Below, in pieces: positions 9,940 to 19,961 of a stretch of 64,000 nucleotides of DNA. This DNA is from Candidatus Multivoradales bacterium (GTDB taxonomy: Bacteria; Acidobacteriota; Thermoanaerobaculia; Multivoradales; Multivoraceae). The translations under genes were made by a program, and so were the position numbers. The DNA is taken from the NCBI GenBank assembly GCA_965223325.1, contig CBDCWI010000002.1:2656001-2720000 (forward strand), given 5' to 3'. The stretch's first letter is position 1, and the number at the start of each line of letters is the position of its first letter. The notes beneath the pieces are model-generated. The model worked only from the letters and a program-made list of their open reading frames with translations, searched no databases and was not told the DNA's origin.

Positions 9940-10941
9940 TCAAGAATCCAGGACGTCGCTTCTCAGGTCAGGAAAGACCTTGCCGACTTTCGACAGGAGA
10001 TACTCGCCGTAGGTCCCCTGCCACTGGTGCACGCTCTGGCGGTCCCAGCGCTCTTCGGCGTCTTCTTGAACCTCAACGGTCGGATCGATCGGCTGAACCA
10101 CTACATCCCAGCCGGGGTCGAAGAAGAAGGGGAACGAGAAACGCGAGCGGCCGCTGCGATTGAGGACGCGGTGCGGTGTCGAGCGGTAGAAGCCACCGGT
10201 GATGCGATCGAGCATGTCGCCGATGTTGCACACGAAGCTATCGGGCACCGGCGGCGCCGCCACCCACTCACCGCGACTTTTGACCTCCAGGCCACCGACA
10301 TCGTCTTGCAGGAGAATCGTCAGCAACCCGTAATCGGTGTGCTCTCCAACACTCCACAGAGCCTCTTCGATCTGCTTGGCGCCCATCTCTGGGTAGTGGA
10401 AAATGCGAAAGAGAACCAGCGGGTCGGATGTCAGGGTCTCTTTCAGGGCGTCGGCCTCGAGCCCTAGACCGAGGGCAAAGCCTGCCATCAGCTGGTGCCC
10501 CAGGGTCGTCATGGCGTCGATATAGGAGAGTACTGCCGAGCGCAGCTCCGACAAGTCGTCGGGAAAGAGGTTCGGCCCGTGCAGAGGACGGCCGGCGACC
10601 ACTCGCGGGTCGTCGCGCGAAAGCTCGGCGCCAAAGTAGAGCCCTTCCTTCCAATCGGGCTTCCCAGACGTCAGCTCGTCGCCGACTCCGAAATAGCCGC
10701 GCCAGGCGCGGCCGCCACGGGCCATCTCGATGGTGCGCTTCTTCTCTGCCGGCCAGCCAAAGAACTCACGACTGCTGTCCTGGAGGCGCGCGATCAGCTC
10801 GGCGTCGACGCTATGGCCGACAATGTAGAAGAAACCACATTCACGGCAGGCAGCACGTATGGCAGCGCCCAGTGCGTGCTTGTCGGCCTCGGATCCGCCC
10901 TGGGAGAGCGGTGACACATCGAGGATTGGCAGTGATTCCAC
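9940..10941 (-). CDS. 2OG-Fe(II) oxygenase, isopenicillin N synthase-like family
   Basis: [13 protein letters not shown] (HxD), NIGDML, STPHRV, RFSFPFF (RxS). Confidence 0.9.
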   Translation of the reverse strand: MESLPILDVSPLSQGGSEADKHALGAAIRAACRECGFFYIVGHSVDAELIARLQDSSREFFGWPAEKKRTIEMARGGRAWRGYFGVGDELTSGKPDWKEGLYFGAELSRDDPRVVAGRPLHGPNLFPDDLSELRSAVLSYIDAMTTLGHQLMAGFALGLGLEADALKETLTSDPLVLFRIFHYPEMGAKQIEEALWSVGEHTDYGLLTILLQDDVGGLEVKSRGEWVAAPPVPDSFVCNIGDMLDRITGGFYRSTPHRVLNRSGRSRFSFPFFFDPGWDVVVQPIDPTVEVQEDAEERWDRQSVHQWQGTYGEYLLSKVGKVFPDLRSDVLDS

Positions 10942-10996
10942 CGGGCCAGCCTACCGCTGCAGGGCGGCATCGGGGAGAGTGGCACGAACAGGGGTC

Positions 10997-11025
10997 CTAG
11001 TGCTCCGTACCAGACGGGGTACTAG
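10997..11025. repeat. Minimal CTAG-flanked copy of the MITE ends found at 11547-11712
   Basis: ctagtgctccgtaccagacggggtactag: the left 16 nt match the MITE left end at 14/16 and the right 12 nt are identical to its right end. Confidence 0.6.
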
Positions 11026-11061
11026 ACTGGGCCCGCTAACGAAACCCCCAGGAGATCCACT

Positions 11062-11550
11062 ATGCGCCTTTCCCCCGGTCGCACGCTCGCCGTGCTCGCC
11101 CTTGTCTTGTTCGCCACCACCGCCACTCTCATGGCTGAAGGCCCAGAAGCCACAGTCGAAGACCTGAGCTGGATGGTTGGCTCCTGGCAAGGAGAGGCCA
11201 TGGGCGGCATGCTGCAGGAAACCTGGACGGCTCCTGAGGGCAGCACCATGACGGGCTTGGTGCGCGCCTGGAGCGGCGACGCCACCTCCATGGTCGAGCT
11301 GATCGTCATCGAAGAAGAAAACGGCTCCCTGGTCCTGCGCTTGCAGCAATTCGACAAGGGGTTCAAGGCGCGCTCCGAACCGCAGCCCTTCGAACTCTCG
11401 AGCGTCGAGGAGAACAAGGTGGTGTGGAAAGCAACCGGTGAAGGCGGTCTCGCCGGCCTTGGCTACAGCAGTCCCGAACCCGGCAAGTTCGTCATCTCGG
11501 TCGAGACTCCGACCGGCCAGAAGTTCGACATCCCGTTGTCGGCCAACTAG
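11062..11550 (+). CDS. Secreted DUF6265-like protein
   Basis: SD aggag; signal peptide; LSWMVGSWQG...ETW...GSTMTG pattern. Confidence 0.7.
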   Translation: MRLSPGRTLAVLALVLFATTATLMAEGPEATVEDLSWMVGSWQGEAMGGMLQETWTAPEGSTMTGLVRAWSGDATSMVELIVIEEENGSLVLRLQQFDKGFKARSEPQPFELSSVEENKVVWKATGEGGLAGLGYSSPEPGKFVISVETPTGQKFDIPLSAN

Positions 11551-11712
11551 TACCCCGTACCATTGAAACGGATAGTGGCTGAGCGGATGATCGTGCTCGA
11601 GATCAAGGCGTCACGACAGAGGCATATTGGTGATCTGTCGAGGAGTGACAACACAGAGAGCGAGCGCGAGGACCGCGCAAACGCTGTGCGTTTCAATGGT
11701 ACGGGGTACTAG
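11547..11712. mobile_element. MITE-like element with 20-bp terminal inverted repeats and flanking CTAG duplication
   Basis: ctagtaccccgtaccattgaaacg (11547-11570) is the exact reverse complement of cgtttcaatggtacggggtactag (11689-11712). The element lies between convergent genes and has no transposase. Confidence 0.75.
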
Positions 11713-11726
11713 GCGCCGAGGGTCAC

Positions 11727-14700
11727 TCAGGCAGGAAGGTCGACGGCGCTCGGGGTGTCGTCACCGAAGAGATCGAAGTCACCGGCGAGTACCCGCTCGA
11801 GGTGGCCGGTCTTCCAGCCTCGCGACGCATCACGCACGAGCGGCGATGGCTCGCGCCGATAGCGGCGAGCGATCCCCACCTCGTCGCCTTTCCGCTCCAG
11901 GAGCTCGACCGCCGTAGCCGGCGTACCCAGGCCGTTGGCCGCCGGCTGGGCGGCGACCCGCACGCGCGCCCGAACGCGCTTTGTGCCCCGCCCCTCGGTC
12001 GGTACCTCGAGTACGTGGACGCCGTTCTCGCTCTCGAGCAGGCTCCAGGCTCCGAAGCCCACGATCGAAAGCACGGTCCTCGGGCCCCGATCGACGACCT
12101 CGCTGCGCATGCTGCGACGCTCAGCCCAAGCGCTGTACATCGAAACTAGATCTCCGGCCCAGGATCGCGTTTCGGCACCGGCGTCGGGCGGGACCTCGAC
12201 GGCCAGGTAGGCATCCCACGGCACGCCGGCATCGAGGTCACGTAGTCCGACCTCGATGAGACGCACCTTTTGAGCGAGACGTCCCACCAGATTGCTCGGC
12301 GGGTCGCCCTGGTGTTGTGCCAGCCGCTGGCCCAACGACTCGACGGTGCGGGTGGCGGCGCGCAGCCGGTCAATGGACTCAACGAGAGTCAGAACATCGA
12401 AGCGATCGTCGCGACTCCAGAAATCCGAACGTGCCATCTGCGACATCGCGTCTTGTTTGCGTTCCTGCCACCGCGGTGAATCGAGAGTCTCGGCAAGCTG
12501 CGCCACGCGCCGGGTAAGTTCGGCGCGCTCGACCTCGTCGCCGCGCGGCGAGAGCGCCATCTGAGTGAGTACGGGTGGCGCGCCGCCCGATCGTTCGGCC
12601 TGCTCCCGGGCCTCGACTTCAGAGGGACTTGACGCATCGGGGTCGACGAACTCGACCGCCAGCCTGTCGCCCGCCGCCCGGATGAAGAGAAACTGGTCGC
12701 CTTCGGGGACCTGCGCGTCAACGATGGAACGCGCCAGGGGCGCTAGCAGGTGTTCTTCGACGGCTCGCTTGAGCGGCCGCGCACCAAGATCGGGTGTAAA
12801 ACCCTGGTCGAGGAGAAACTCGATCGCCGAGCTGTCCCACTCCACCGCCCACTGCCGGCGACGCAGCCCTCGACGCTCGAACACGTCGCGCAACTCGAAC
12901 TCGAGCAACCTTCGCATGACGTCTCTCGAGAGCGGGCGAAAGATCACCGTGCGGTCGATGCGATTCCGAAACTCGGGCCGAAAGACGCGCGCCAGCTCGC
13001 GCTCGACCGAGGCAGCGTGAAACGCGGAACCATCACCCGCGAAACCGATCGAGTGACCAACCGGCACCGCGGCACCCAGGTTCGAAGTCAGAATGATCAG
13101 CGTGTTCCTAAAATCGGTCAGCACGCCGCGATGATCGGTCAAGCGACCGTCGTCGAAGACTTGCAGAAACAGATCCCAGACCTGTGGCGCCGCCTTCTCG
13201 AACTCGTCGAGCAGCACGATCGAGAAGGGCTGCTTGCGCACCTGGTCGCAGAGTGAGCCCCCGAGCTCGCTCGTGGTGCCGTCCCCCAGAATACGATCGA
13301 GCGACTCCGAGTGTTGAAACTCACTCATGTCAAGCCGCACCAGGCGCTGGTCGGAACCGAACAGATAGCGTGACAGCGTCTTGGCGACCTCGGTCTTGCC
13401 GGTGCCGGTTGGACCGGCGAACAAGAAGACCCCCAGTGGTCGTGTGGGATCACAAACGCCAGCTTTGATCATCGCGACCCGCTCGACCAGACAGTCGATC
13501 GCCTCCGGCTGTCCGAGCACCGAGTTCTCGAAGCGCTCGCGCAGCGTGGACATCTCGAGGGTCTGCCGGTCGTCGAGAATGCGGGCCGGCAAGCCGGTGT
13601 GTTGAGCGAGCGTCTCGATCAGGTCATCCGTGGTGAGTTGGCGCTCCGGACGAGAAACAGCGGCCGCCTGACCCTGTCGCTCCCCTCCTCGGGCGCTGAT
13701 GCGATCAAAGGTGGTGCCCAGAAAGCGCAGGAGCGAACCGGGGGCGGCACGATCGGCGAGGAACTGGCGCGCGAGTTCGGCCGCTTCGGACAGAAAGTCA
13801 TCGCCTGGCGCTCTGATGTCACTGTCGGCCAGCCGCCGGCGCGCGACTTCCCTGGCGAGTGCGAGGGTCTCGCCGTCGCTCATCGGCTGAATCTCGCTGC
13901 GCTCGAAAGCCTGGCGCACTCGTGGGCGCGCTTCGCGCAGTCGACTCCAGGGCGCCGGCAGAGCTTCGGTCAGAACGACGATCCGCTGGCGCTCGATGTG
14001 CGGCAAGAGCATGCTGAGAGCATCGTTCTCGCTCTGCGAGTGCCTGCCGGTGAAGCGCAGGGCGGGAAGGTCTGGGATGTACCAGACGATCTTCGAACCA
14101 CCGAGCTGGCGCAGCAGGACCTGGAGCCGCTGCTCGAGCTGCCCCACGTAGACCTGGCCGGCAATCAACTCCGTGTGACCGGCCTCGAAGACCACCCAGC
14201 CGTCGTCGGTCAGGCGCCGGGTCACGCTGTCGACAACCGCCGTTTTGCCGACCCCGCTCTCGCCCACCAGCACCACCGATCGCCGCGTGAGAAGGGTCGC
14301 CAGCACCTGATCGCAGCGCGCATCGTGCATGGGGTGACCGATGGGCAAGGCGGCATCATCGATGCGCCGAATGCTCCCGATGTCGCGCAGAACCGCAAGA
14401 TCGAAGCGTGAATCGCGCCACCGATCGAACGACTCCCGCAGAGGCATCGAGAGTTTCGCCGGCAGACGCCGGAGAACCGCCTCGACTTCCTCCTCGCGCG
14501 TTGGGTCTTCGATCTTGAAGTCCGTGACCTCTAGCGGCTCGCCGCGGCTCGAACGCAGCGCGAGAAACTCTTCTAGAAAGCGTTGCTTGTGGCGATTCCA
14601 GGCGAAGCTGTCGTCGAGCCCCGAAATGACGGCCGCAATTGTCTTGCCCTCGTCGCCGGCCAGCTGATCGATCGCCCGCAGAGCGAACCATGACGCCCAC

Positions 14701-15176
14701 GGCTGGTTGTCACCTAGCCCCTCGGCGATCTTCGAGACCCAAGTGGCGTCGGCCCGACGCTCGAGCGCCTCGAGAGCAGTACACGACACCACCCAGTTGC
14801 CGCCCCGCGCGTACTCCACGAGGTCAGCGAGTGGTACAGCCTCATCGAGCAGGACTTCCACTGCCGCCGAGAAGTCAGCGTGGGCGGCAAGAGCGCTTGG
14901 CGATGCGGTGCTGGCGGCGAAGCCCTCGAGCCCTTTTGCAGCCCGATGCAGGCGGGCAGACACCGATTGGTCGAGGGACTTCTCGTTCTTCGCCGTGCTC
15001 TCGCCGGCAGCTGTACGCTTCGCATCGGCACCCTGCGCCGCGAGTCCTCGACCCCTTTCAACCCGCGATGCGTCGTTCAGCTTCGCCGTCGCCGCCCCGG
15101 CGCGCAGTCCAGCGACAAACCGCCAGGCTACGAAAACTGCCAGGGCAGCGAAGACAACGATGATCGCGCTTTCCAT
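11727..15176 (-). CDS. Membrane-anchored ClpA/ClpB-like AAA+ ATPase with C-terminal release-factor-like (PCRF) module
   Basis: N-terminal TM helix; Walker A motifs GESGVGKT and GPTGTGKT; Walker B LLDEFEKA; DDGRLTD, RPEFRNRID, GARPLKR; C-terminus resembles RF2 domains 1, 2 and 4. Confidence 0.85.
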   Translation of the reverse strand: MESAIIVVFAALAVFVAWRFVAGLRAGAATAKLNDASRVERGRGLAAQGADAKRTAAGESTAKNEKSLDQSVSARLHRAAKGLEGFAASTASPSALAAHADFSAAVEVLLDEAVPLADLVEYARGGNWVVSCTALEALERRADATWVSKIAEGLGDNQPWASWFALRAIDQLAGDEGKTIAAVISGLDDSFAWNRHKQRFLEEFLALRSSRGEPLEVTDFKIEDPTREEEVEAVLRRLPAKLSMPLRESFDRWRDSRFDLAVLRDIGSIRRIDDAALPIGHPMHDARCDQVLATLLTRRSVVLVGESGVGKTAVVDSVTRRLTDDGWVVFEAGHTELIAGQVYVGQLEQRLQVLLRQLGGSKIVWYIPDLPALRFTGRHSQSENDALSMLLPHIERQRIVVLTEALPAPWSRLREARPRVRQAFERSEIQPMSDGETLALAREVARRRLADSDIRAPGDDFLSEAAELARQFLADRAAPGSLLRFLGTTFDRISARGGERQGQAAAVSRPERQLTTDDLIETLAQHTGLPARILDDRQTLEMSTLRERFENSVLGQPEAIDCLVERVAMIKAGVCDPTRPLGVFLFAGPTGTGKTEVAKTLSRYLFGSDQRLVRLDMSEFQHSESLDRILGDGTTSELGGSLCDQVRKQPFSIVLLDEFEKAAPQVWDLFLQVFDDGRLTDHRGVLTDFRNTLIILTSNLGAAVPVGHSIGFAGDGSAFHAASVERELARVFRPEFRNRIDRTVIFRPLSRDVMRRLLEFELRDVFERRGLRRRQWAVEWDSSAIEFLLDQGFTPDLGARPLKRAVEEHLLAPLARSIVDAQVPEGDQFLFIRAAGDRLAVEFVDPDASSPSEVEAREQAERSGGAPPVLTQMALSPRGDEVERAELTRRVAQLAETLDSPRWQERKQDAMSQMARSDFWSRDDRFDVLTLVESIDRLRAATRTVESLGQRLAQHQGDPPSNLVGRLAQKVRLIEVGLRDLDAGVPWDAYLAVEVPPDAGAETRSWAGDLVSMYSAWAERRSMRSEVVDRGPRTVLSIVGFGAWSLLESENGVHVLEVPTEGRGTKRVRARVRVAAQPAANGLGTPATAVELLERKGDEVGIARRYRREPSPLVRDASRGWKTGHLERVLAGDFDLFGDDTPSAVDLPA

Positions 15177-15209
15177 CTAGGCGATCCTACCGGTGAGAAA
15201 AGCCATCAC

Positions 15210-16904
15210 GTGAACCCCAACGACGATCAACCGACGCCGAAGCGCCCAAGCGCCTGGCAAGCCGTCGCCGTCACGGCCTGGGCGCTGGTGACCGCCGTCC
15301 TGATGCGGCTCGGTGGCCCTCTCGGTGAACCAGCGGTTTTGTGGCCAAGCCTGGCTGCGGTCCTCTTGGCGTTCATGACGCGCGAGATCTACTCGTCGCT
15401 CTTTCTCGGTGCGCTCGCCGGCAGCTTCTTGTTGCGCGGCACAACCGGTGCTGGCTTTTTGGAGTCGGTCGTCCTCGGATGGATCGATCTGTTCTCGGTG
15501 CACATGCTGGGTTCGTTGACCAGCCGCTGGAACATCGCCATCCTGGCCTTTACCTTGATCATGGGTGGCCTGGTCGAGGTCCTGCATCAGAACGGCAGCA
15601 TGCAGGCACTCGCCGACCGCATGTTGCGTTCCGATCGATCGCGTCGGCGGGCAGGTCTGGGTACCTTCGGGATGGGATTCCTGGTGTTCTTCGATGGCCT
15701 TGCCAACAGCATGTTGGTTGGCAAGACGATGCGGGCGACCGCTGACCGAGCCGGCATGTCGCGCGAGAAGCTCGCCTTCATTGTCGACTCGACCTCGTCT
15801 CCGATCGCCTCGGTGGCGCTGATCTCGACCTGGATCGTCACCGAGATGTCTCTCATTCGCGAGGGTCTCGATCACCTGAGCGTCGCGATGGTTGCCGGCG
15901 CTTCGCCCTACGGGCTGCTGCTCGCCAGCCTTCCGTTTCGGTTCTACGCGTACTTTCTCCTCATGATGGTCTTCCTCTCCATTTGGCTGCAGCGCGACAT
16001 CGGGCCCATGATTGACGCCGAGAAGGCCGGTCGAACGGCGCCCGCTGCGCGCGACGATCACCCGCCAAAGGCTCAGCACTCCGGACGTATCTGGCTGGCG
16101 GTCCTACCGCTGGCAGTTCTCATCTCGTCGGTTTTCGGTGGCCTGTTCATTGAAGGCGGCGGGCTGGCCGAGCCGCGGACCTGGACCGGTGTCACCACCG
16201 CCTTTGGCCGCGCGCAAGCTGACCTGGTGTTCGTCTGCGCCTCTGCCACCTCGGTTCTCGTCGCCATCTCGCTCACCTGGCTGGCGGACCGCACTGGAAG
16301 CCCTGGCAGCACCGGGGCGCCACAATCGGCATCAGGCTTGCGCGCCTTTCTTGACGGTATGCAGCAGATGTTCCTCCCCGCCCTGATCCTGGTCTTCGCC
16401 TGGACGCTCAACGCCGTCATCAAAGAACTCGGAACCGCGACCTACCTGGTCCAGGCACTCGACGACCAGTTTCCGGCGCTCCTCTTTCCTGCCGCGGTGT
16501 TTTTGCTCTCGGCGCTGGTTTCGTTCTCGACCGGAACCAGTTGGGGCACGATGGCGATCATCGTACCGCTCGTTGTGCCGCTTGGCGCCGGACTGGCGGG
16601 CACCACCGCCGGACCGCTTCTGCCGGCGGCGATAGGTGCAGTGCTCGCGGGTGCGGTCTTCGGTGATCACTGCTCTCCCATTTCCGACACCACCATCGTT
16701 TCGGCCTTCGCCTCTGACTGCGACCCGATGGACCACGTACGCACCCAGATCCCGTACGCCCTGGTGGTCGCAGGCGTTGCGGTTGGCCTGGGCTACCTGC
16801 CGGCGGCAGCGGGGATTCCGACCTGGTTTCTCCTTCCCCTGGGCGGTCTGGCCTGCTGGATTCTCCTGCGTTTCGCCGGCACGCCGGCAACTACTGGGGC
16901 CTGA
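15210..16904 (+). CDS. NhaC-family Na+/H+ antiporter-like transporter
   Basis: FFDG, SREKLAFIVDSTS, FSTGTSWGT, FGDHCSPISDTT, HVRTQIPY. GTG at 15210 was chosen to avoid overlap with the divergent gene. Confidence 0.9.
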   Translation: MNPNDDQPTPKRPSAWQAVAVTAWALVTAVLMRLGGPLGEPAVLWPSLAAVLLAFMTREIYSSLFLGALAGSFLLRGTTGAGFLESVVLGWIDLFSVHMLGSLTSRWNIAILAFTLIMGGLVEVLHQNGSMQALADRMLRSDRSRRRAGLGTFGMGFLVFFDGLANSMLVGKTMRATADRAGMSREKLAFIVDSTSSPIASVALISTWIVTEMSLIREGLDHLSVAMVAGASPYGLLLASLPFRFYAYFLLMMVFLSIWLQRDIGPMIDAEKAGRTAPAARDDHPPKAQHSGRIWLAVLPLAVLISSVFGGLFIEGGGLAEPRTWTGVTTAFGRAQADLVFVCASATSVLVAISLTWLADRTGSPGSTGAPQSASGLRAFLDGMQQMFLPALILVFAWTLNAVIKELGTATYLVQALDDQFPALLFPAAVFLLSALVSFSTGTSWGTMAIIVPLVVPLGAGLAGTTAGPLLPAAIGAVLAGAVFGDHCSPISDTTIVSAFASDCDPMDHVRTQIPYALVVAGVAVGLGYLPAAAGIPTWFLLPLGGLACWILLRFAGTPATTGA

Positions 16905-17343
16905 CAACCAGGATCGCACCCACCAGAAGAAGCGCCGCGCCCACCACCCGCAGCGTGCTGATCGGCTGCACCGGTGAGGCAAGCCAGCCGAAGTGAGAGA
17001 TCACCATCCGGACCACCAGCTGAGAAGCCACGAAAATGGCGAACAGGTTGGCCGCACCGAGCCGCGGAATCAGGAAAGTGCTGGCGCCGACCACCAACAC
17101 GCTGATGAGCCCGGCCACGAAGTACCACGGCGGCACTTCGGTGAGTGCCGCGAATGAAGACCGCTGGCGAGTGGCGAGCACCAGTCCCGAAATCAGCAGA
17201 AATGCGATGCCGTAGAAGGTGAACGTCGCAACGAGGGTGGAGTTGATTCGGGCACCGAGGGCACCATTGATCGGAATATGCATGCCTCCGAGCGTTCCGG
17301 CAGCAACCGCCAGAAAGACGTAGAGAACTGTCGTCTTCTCCAT
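16891..17343 (-). CDS. DMT family transporter (YdcZ/DUF606-like)
   Basis: Hydrophobic 150-aa C-terminal part of the track ORF: PINGALG, PPWYF, PRLGA, SQL...HFGW. Confidence 0.8.
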   Translation of the reverse strand: MEKTTVLYVFLAVAAGTLGGMHIPINGALGARINSTLVATFTFYGIAFLLISGLVLATRQRSSFAALTEVPPWYFVAGLISVLVVGASTFLIPRLGAANLFAIFVASQLVVRMVISHFGWLASPVQPISTLRVVGAALLLVGAILVVRPQ

Positions 17344-17348
17344 ACCCC

Positions 17349-17780
17349 TTACTCCTCGAGAGCGCCCGGCCGAGTACCCCAGGCGGTCATTCCCATCGCC
17401 ACGAACACCGCAAGCACCGCTGCCATAAACAGCAGGAAGACAAACCAGTTCGCCCCGCTGCCACCCGGGGCGAGCCCACGCTCTCCAGAGAGCGCACCGA
17501 CGATCGAAGCGATGACGTTGCCGTAGCCCGCCAACACGAGACTGCCAACCAGCCAGCCCGCGGCTCGGTCGCTGAGCTTCAGGAGACCGCCGCAGCCGGC
17601 GACCGCGAGCATCAAGAGCCCATTGAGGAGACCTTCGAGATGAGCCATGCGCCAGGCGCGAGCGGCGTCGGAGGTGCTGCCTGAGGTGATCACCTCGGCC
17701 CAGGGAAAACCGGCGAATAGTCCGAAGGTCACGACGACCACCGCGTGGAAGGCCAGCCGTCTTCGTCTCGCTACGTTCAT
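17349..17780 (-). CDS. Four-TM membrane protein, styrene oxide isomerase (StyC)-like
   Basis: FHA near the N-terminus, AWRMAHLEGLLNG, GERGL; four hydrophobic segments. Confidence 0.55.
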   Translation of the reverse strand: MNVARRRRLAFHAVVVVTFGLFAGFPWAEVITSGSTSDAARAWRMAHLEGLLNGLLMLAVAGCGGLLKLSDRAAGWLVGSLVLAGYGNVIASIVGALSGERGLAPGGSGANWFVFLLFMAAVLAVFVAMGMTAWGTRPGALEE

Positions 17781-18643
17781 TGTTCTGCTCCTGGTTGCCT
17801 TCCCTGGTCCACCATTCGCTCGAGCGTGAGCGAAGCGAGGAACCCGGCAAGGGTGCGAGTCACCGCATCCGGCGCCTCAGCCATCATCATGTGCCCGGCT
17901 CCAGGAAGGACCTCGAACCGAGCCCCGACGATCGCTTCCGCCAGGCTCTGCCCGGCACGCGGCGGTGTCATGCGATCTGCGGCCGCGGAGATCACCATCG
18001 TGGGGCATCGGATTTCGCCGGCCACGACGCCACCCGCCCAATCGTTGCAGGCGTTGAAGTCACGGTGCAGTACTTCGGGCGCCGCGCGCTCGAGCAAAGC
18101 GATCGTGGCACCGATGTTCCAGAGACCTGGATTCTCCGCTCCACCGAAGTGAGCGTTTCGTCCGTGTCCGAACGCGGTGATGAAACGATGCGCGCGTTCT
18201 GGGCGCGCCAAGGTGTCGTCGAGCAGACGCTGGTTGACGGGCGTGCTTTCCCCGGCTCCCAGAAGCGCCAGGCCAACCAGTGCCTCGGGCCGTGCAGCCG
18301 CAAAGTTGACCGCCACGCACGAGCCCATTGAGTGCCCGGCTACAACCACCGGCTGCTCAGCGGTCTGGGCGATCTCGCCGATGAACCCTGCCAACCAGGA
18401 GGCGTAGGCCTCGATCGACTCGAGCTTCGGGTCATCCTCTGTGCGACCGTGGCCCGGCAGATCGACGGCCGCCGTGTTCCACCCCTGGCGACCGAAGGAG
18501 CGAGCCTGAAGCGACCAGACCGTGTGGTCCTGGCCGGCGCCGTGGACGAACACCAGGAGTGGCTGGCCGACACGCCACGCGGTCCCGCCGGTTCCATACC
18601 AGGCCCTTCGACCGTTGACCTGGACCCCGGCATCACTCTTCAC
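17777..18643 (-). CDS. Alpha/beta hydrolase
   Basis: HGAG, DLPGHG, GHSMG nucleophile, DRMTP, GHMM. Confidence 0.9.
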   Translation of the reverse strand: MKSDAGVQVNGRRAWYGTGGTAWRVGQPLLVFVHGAGQDHTVWSLQARSFGRQGWNTAAVDLPGHGRTEDDPKLESIEAYASWLAGFIGEIAQTAEQPVVVAGHSMGSCVAVNFAAARPEALVGLALLGAGESTPVNQRLLDDTLARPERAHRFITAFGHGRNAHFGGAENPGLWNIGATIALLERAAPEVLHRDFNACNDWAGGVVAGEIRCPTMVISAAADRMTPPRAGQSLAEAIVGARFEVLPGAGHMMMAEAPDAVTRTLAGFLASLTLERMVDQGRQPGAEQ

Positions 18644-19961
18644 TCCCGCTTTCCGCGCCCTCGGGGACTTTGCCCGCCGTGGGCAAAGCGCGCCCGAGAT
18701 CGGAGATCAAATCGGCTGGGTCTTCGAGGCCAACAGACAACCGAATCATGTCGGCACCGACTCCTGCAGCGTCGAGTTCGGAATCGGTCATCTGTTGGTG
18801 GGTGGTGCTGGCGGGGTGAATCACCAGGCTCTTGGCGTCCCCGACATTTGCCAGATGACTGAAGAGCTCGAGTGCTTCGATGAAGGCACGGCCGGCGGCG
18901 CGGCCCCCGCGGACTCCAAACGTCATCAGCGCGCCGCAGCCATCGGGCATGAGCTCCTGGGCCAGGGCGTTCTGCGGATGGTCAGCGAGCCCCGGATAGG
19001 AAATCCAGGACACTCCATCGTGGCCAGCCAAAAACTCGGCAACCGCGACGGCGTTGTCGGTATGACGCCGCATCCGAAGCGGCAGGGTTTCGAGCCCCTG
19101 CAGCAGATAGAACGCCGACTGAGGGTGCAGACAGGCGCCAAAGTCACGCAGCGCTTCGAGTCGCGCCTTCATCACGAACGCCGTCGGCCCGAACTGATCC
19201 GCAAACGCCACGCCGTGGTAGCCCGGGCTGGGCTCGGTCATCACCTTGAAGCGCCCGGAAGCCGCCCAGTCGAAACCTCCGCCGTCGACCACGACGCCTC
19301 CGAGGGTGACCCCGTGCCCACCGATGAACTTGGTCGCCGAATGAAAGACGAGATCTGCGCCGTGCTCGATCGGCCGACAGAGGGCCGGCGTGGCGAAGGT
19401 GTTGTCGATCACCAGAGGCACCCCGTTCTGGTGCGCAATATCGGCCACCGCCGGCATATCGAGGACGTCCATGCGGGGGTTGCCGATCGTCTCCGCGATG
19501 ACCAGCCGAGTGCGCTCGCTCATCGCGGCGCGAAAGTTCTCGGCCGGCTGCGGGTCTACGAAGGTTGTGGTGATCCCGAACCGTCGCATGGTGTGCTCGA
19601 GCAGGTTGAACGAACCGCCATAGACCGAGCGACTCGCTACCACTTCATCACCGGCCTCGAGCAGCGTACCCACGATGAGATGGAGCGCCGCCATACCCGA
19701 CGCAGTCGCCACCGCACCAACTCCACCTTCGAGCGCCGCTACCCGTTCCTCGAGAACGGCGACCGTCAGGTTGGAGATGCGCGAGTAGATATGCCCGACC
19801 TGCTGCAGGTCAAAGAGACCCGCCGCCTGATCGCAGTCTTCGAAAACAAACGACGTTGAGTTGTAGACCGGCACGGCGCGCGCACCGGTGGCTTCGTCGG
19901 GACGCTGGCCGGCGTGCAGGGTGAGGGTGTCGAAGCGGTAGAACCAGTCATCACCACTCAT
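18633..19961 (-). CDS. metY: O-acetylhomoserine sulfhydrylase (aminocarboxypropyltransferase)
   Basis: YSRISN, SGMAA, DNTFAT, PLP lysine in HSATKFIGGHG, NVGDAKSLVIHPASTTH, RLSVGLE. Confidence 0.9.
   Translation of the reverse strand: MSGDDWFYRFDTLTLHAGQRPDEATGARAVPVYNSTSFVFEDCDQAAGLFDLQQVGHIYSRISNLTVAVLEERVAALEGGVGAVATASGMAALHLIVGTLLEAGDEVVASRSVYGGSFNLLEHTMRRFGITTTFVDPQPAENFRAAMSERTRLVIAETIGNPRMDVLDMPAVADIAHQNGVPLVIDNTFATPALCRPIEHGADLVFHSATKFIGGHGVTLGGVVVDGGGFDWAASGRFKVMTEPSPGYHGVAFADQFGPTAFVMKARLEALRDFGACLHPQSAFYLLQGLETLPLRMRRHTDNAVAVAEFLAGHDGVSWISYPGLADHPQNALAQELMPDGCGALMTFGVRGGRAAGRAFIEALELFSHLANVGDAKSLVIHPASTTHQQMTDSELDAAGVGADMIRLSVGLEDPADLISDLGRALPTAGKVPEGAESGSEE

Noticed and set aside
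11727-11790. Clp fusion ending DFDLFGDD as a fourth sorting tail
   Set aside because: It lacks FE and TxxWS, and is explained by the RF2-like LxGDxD terminus.
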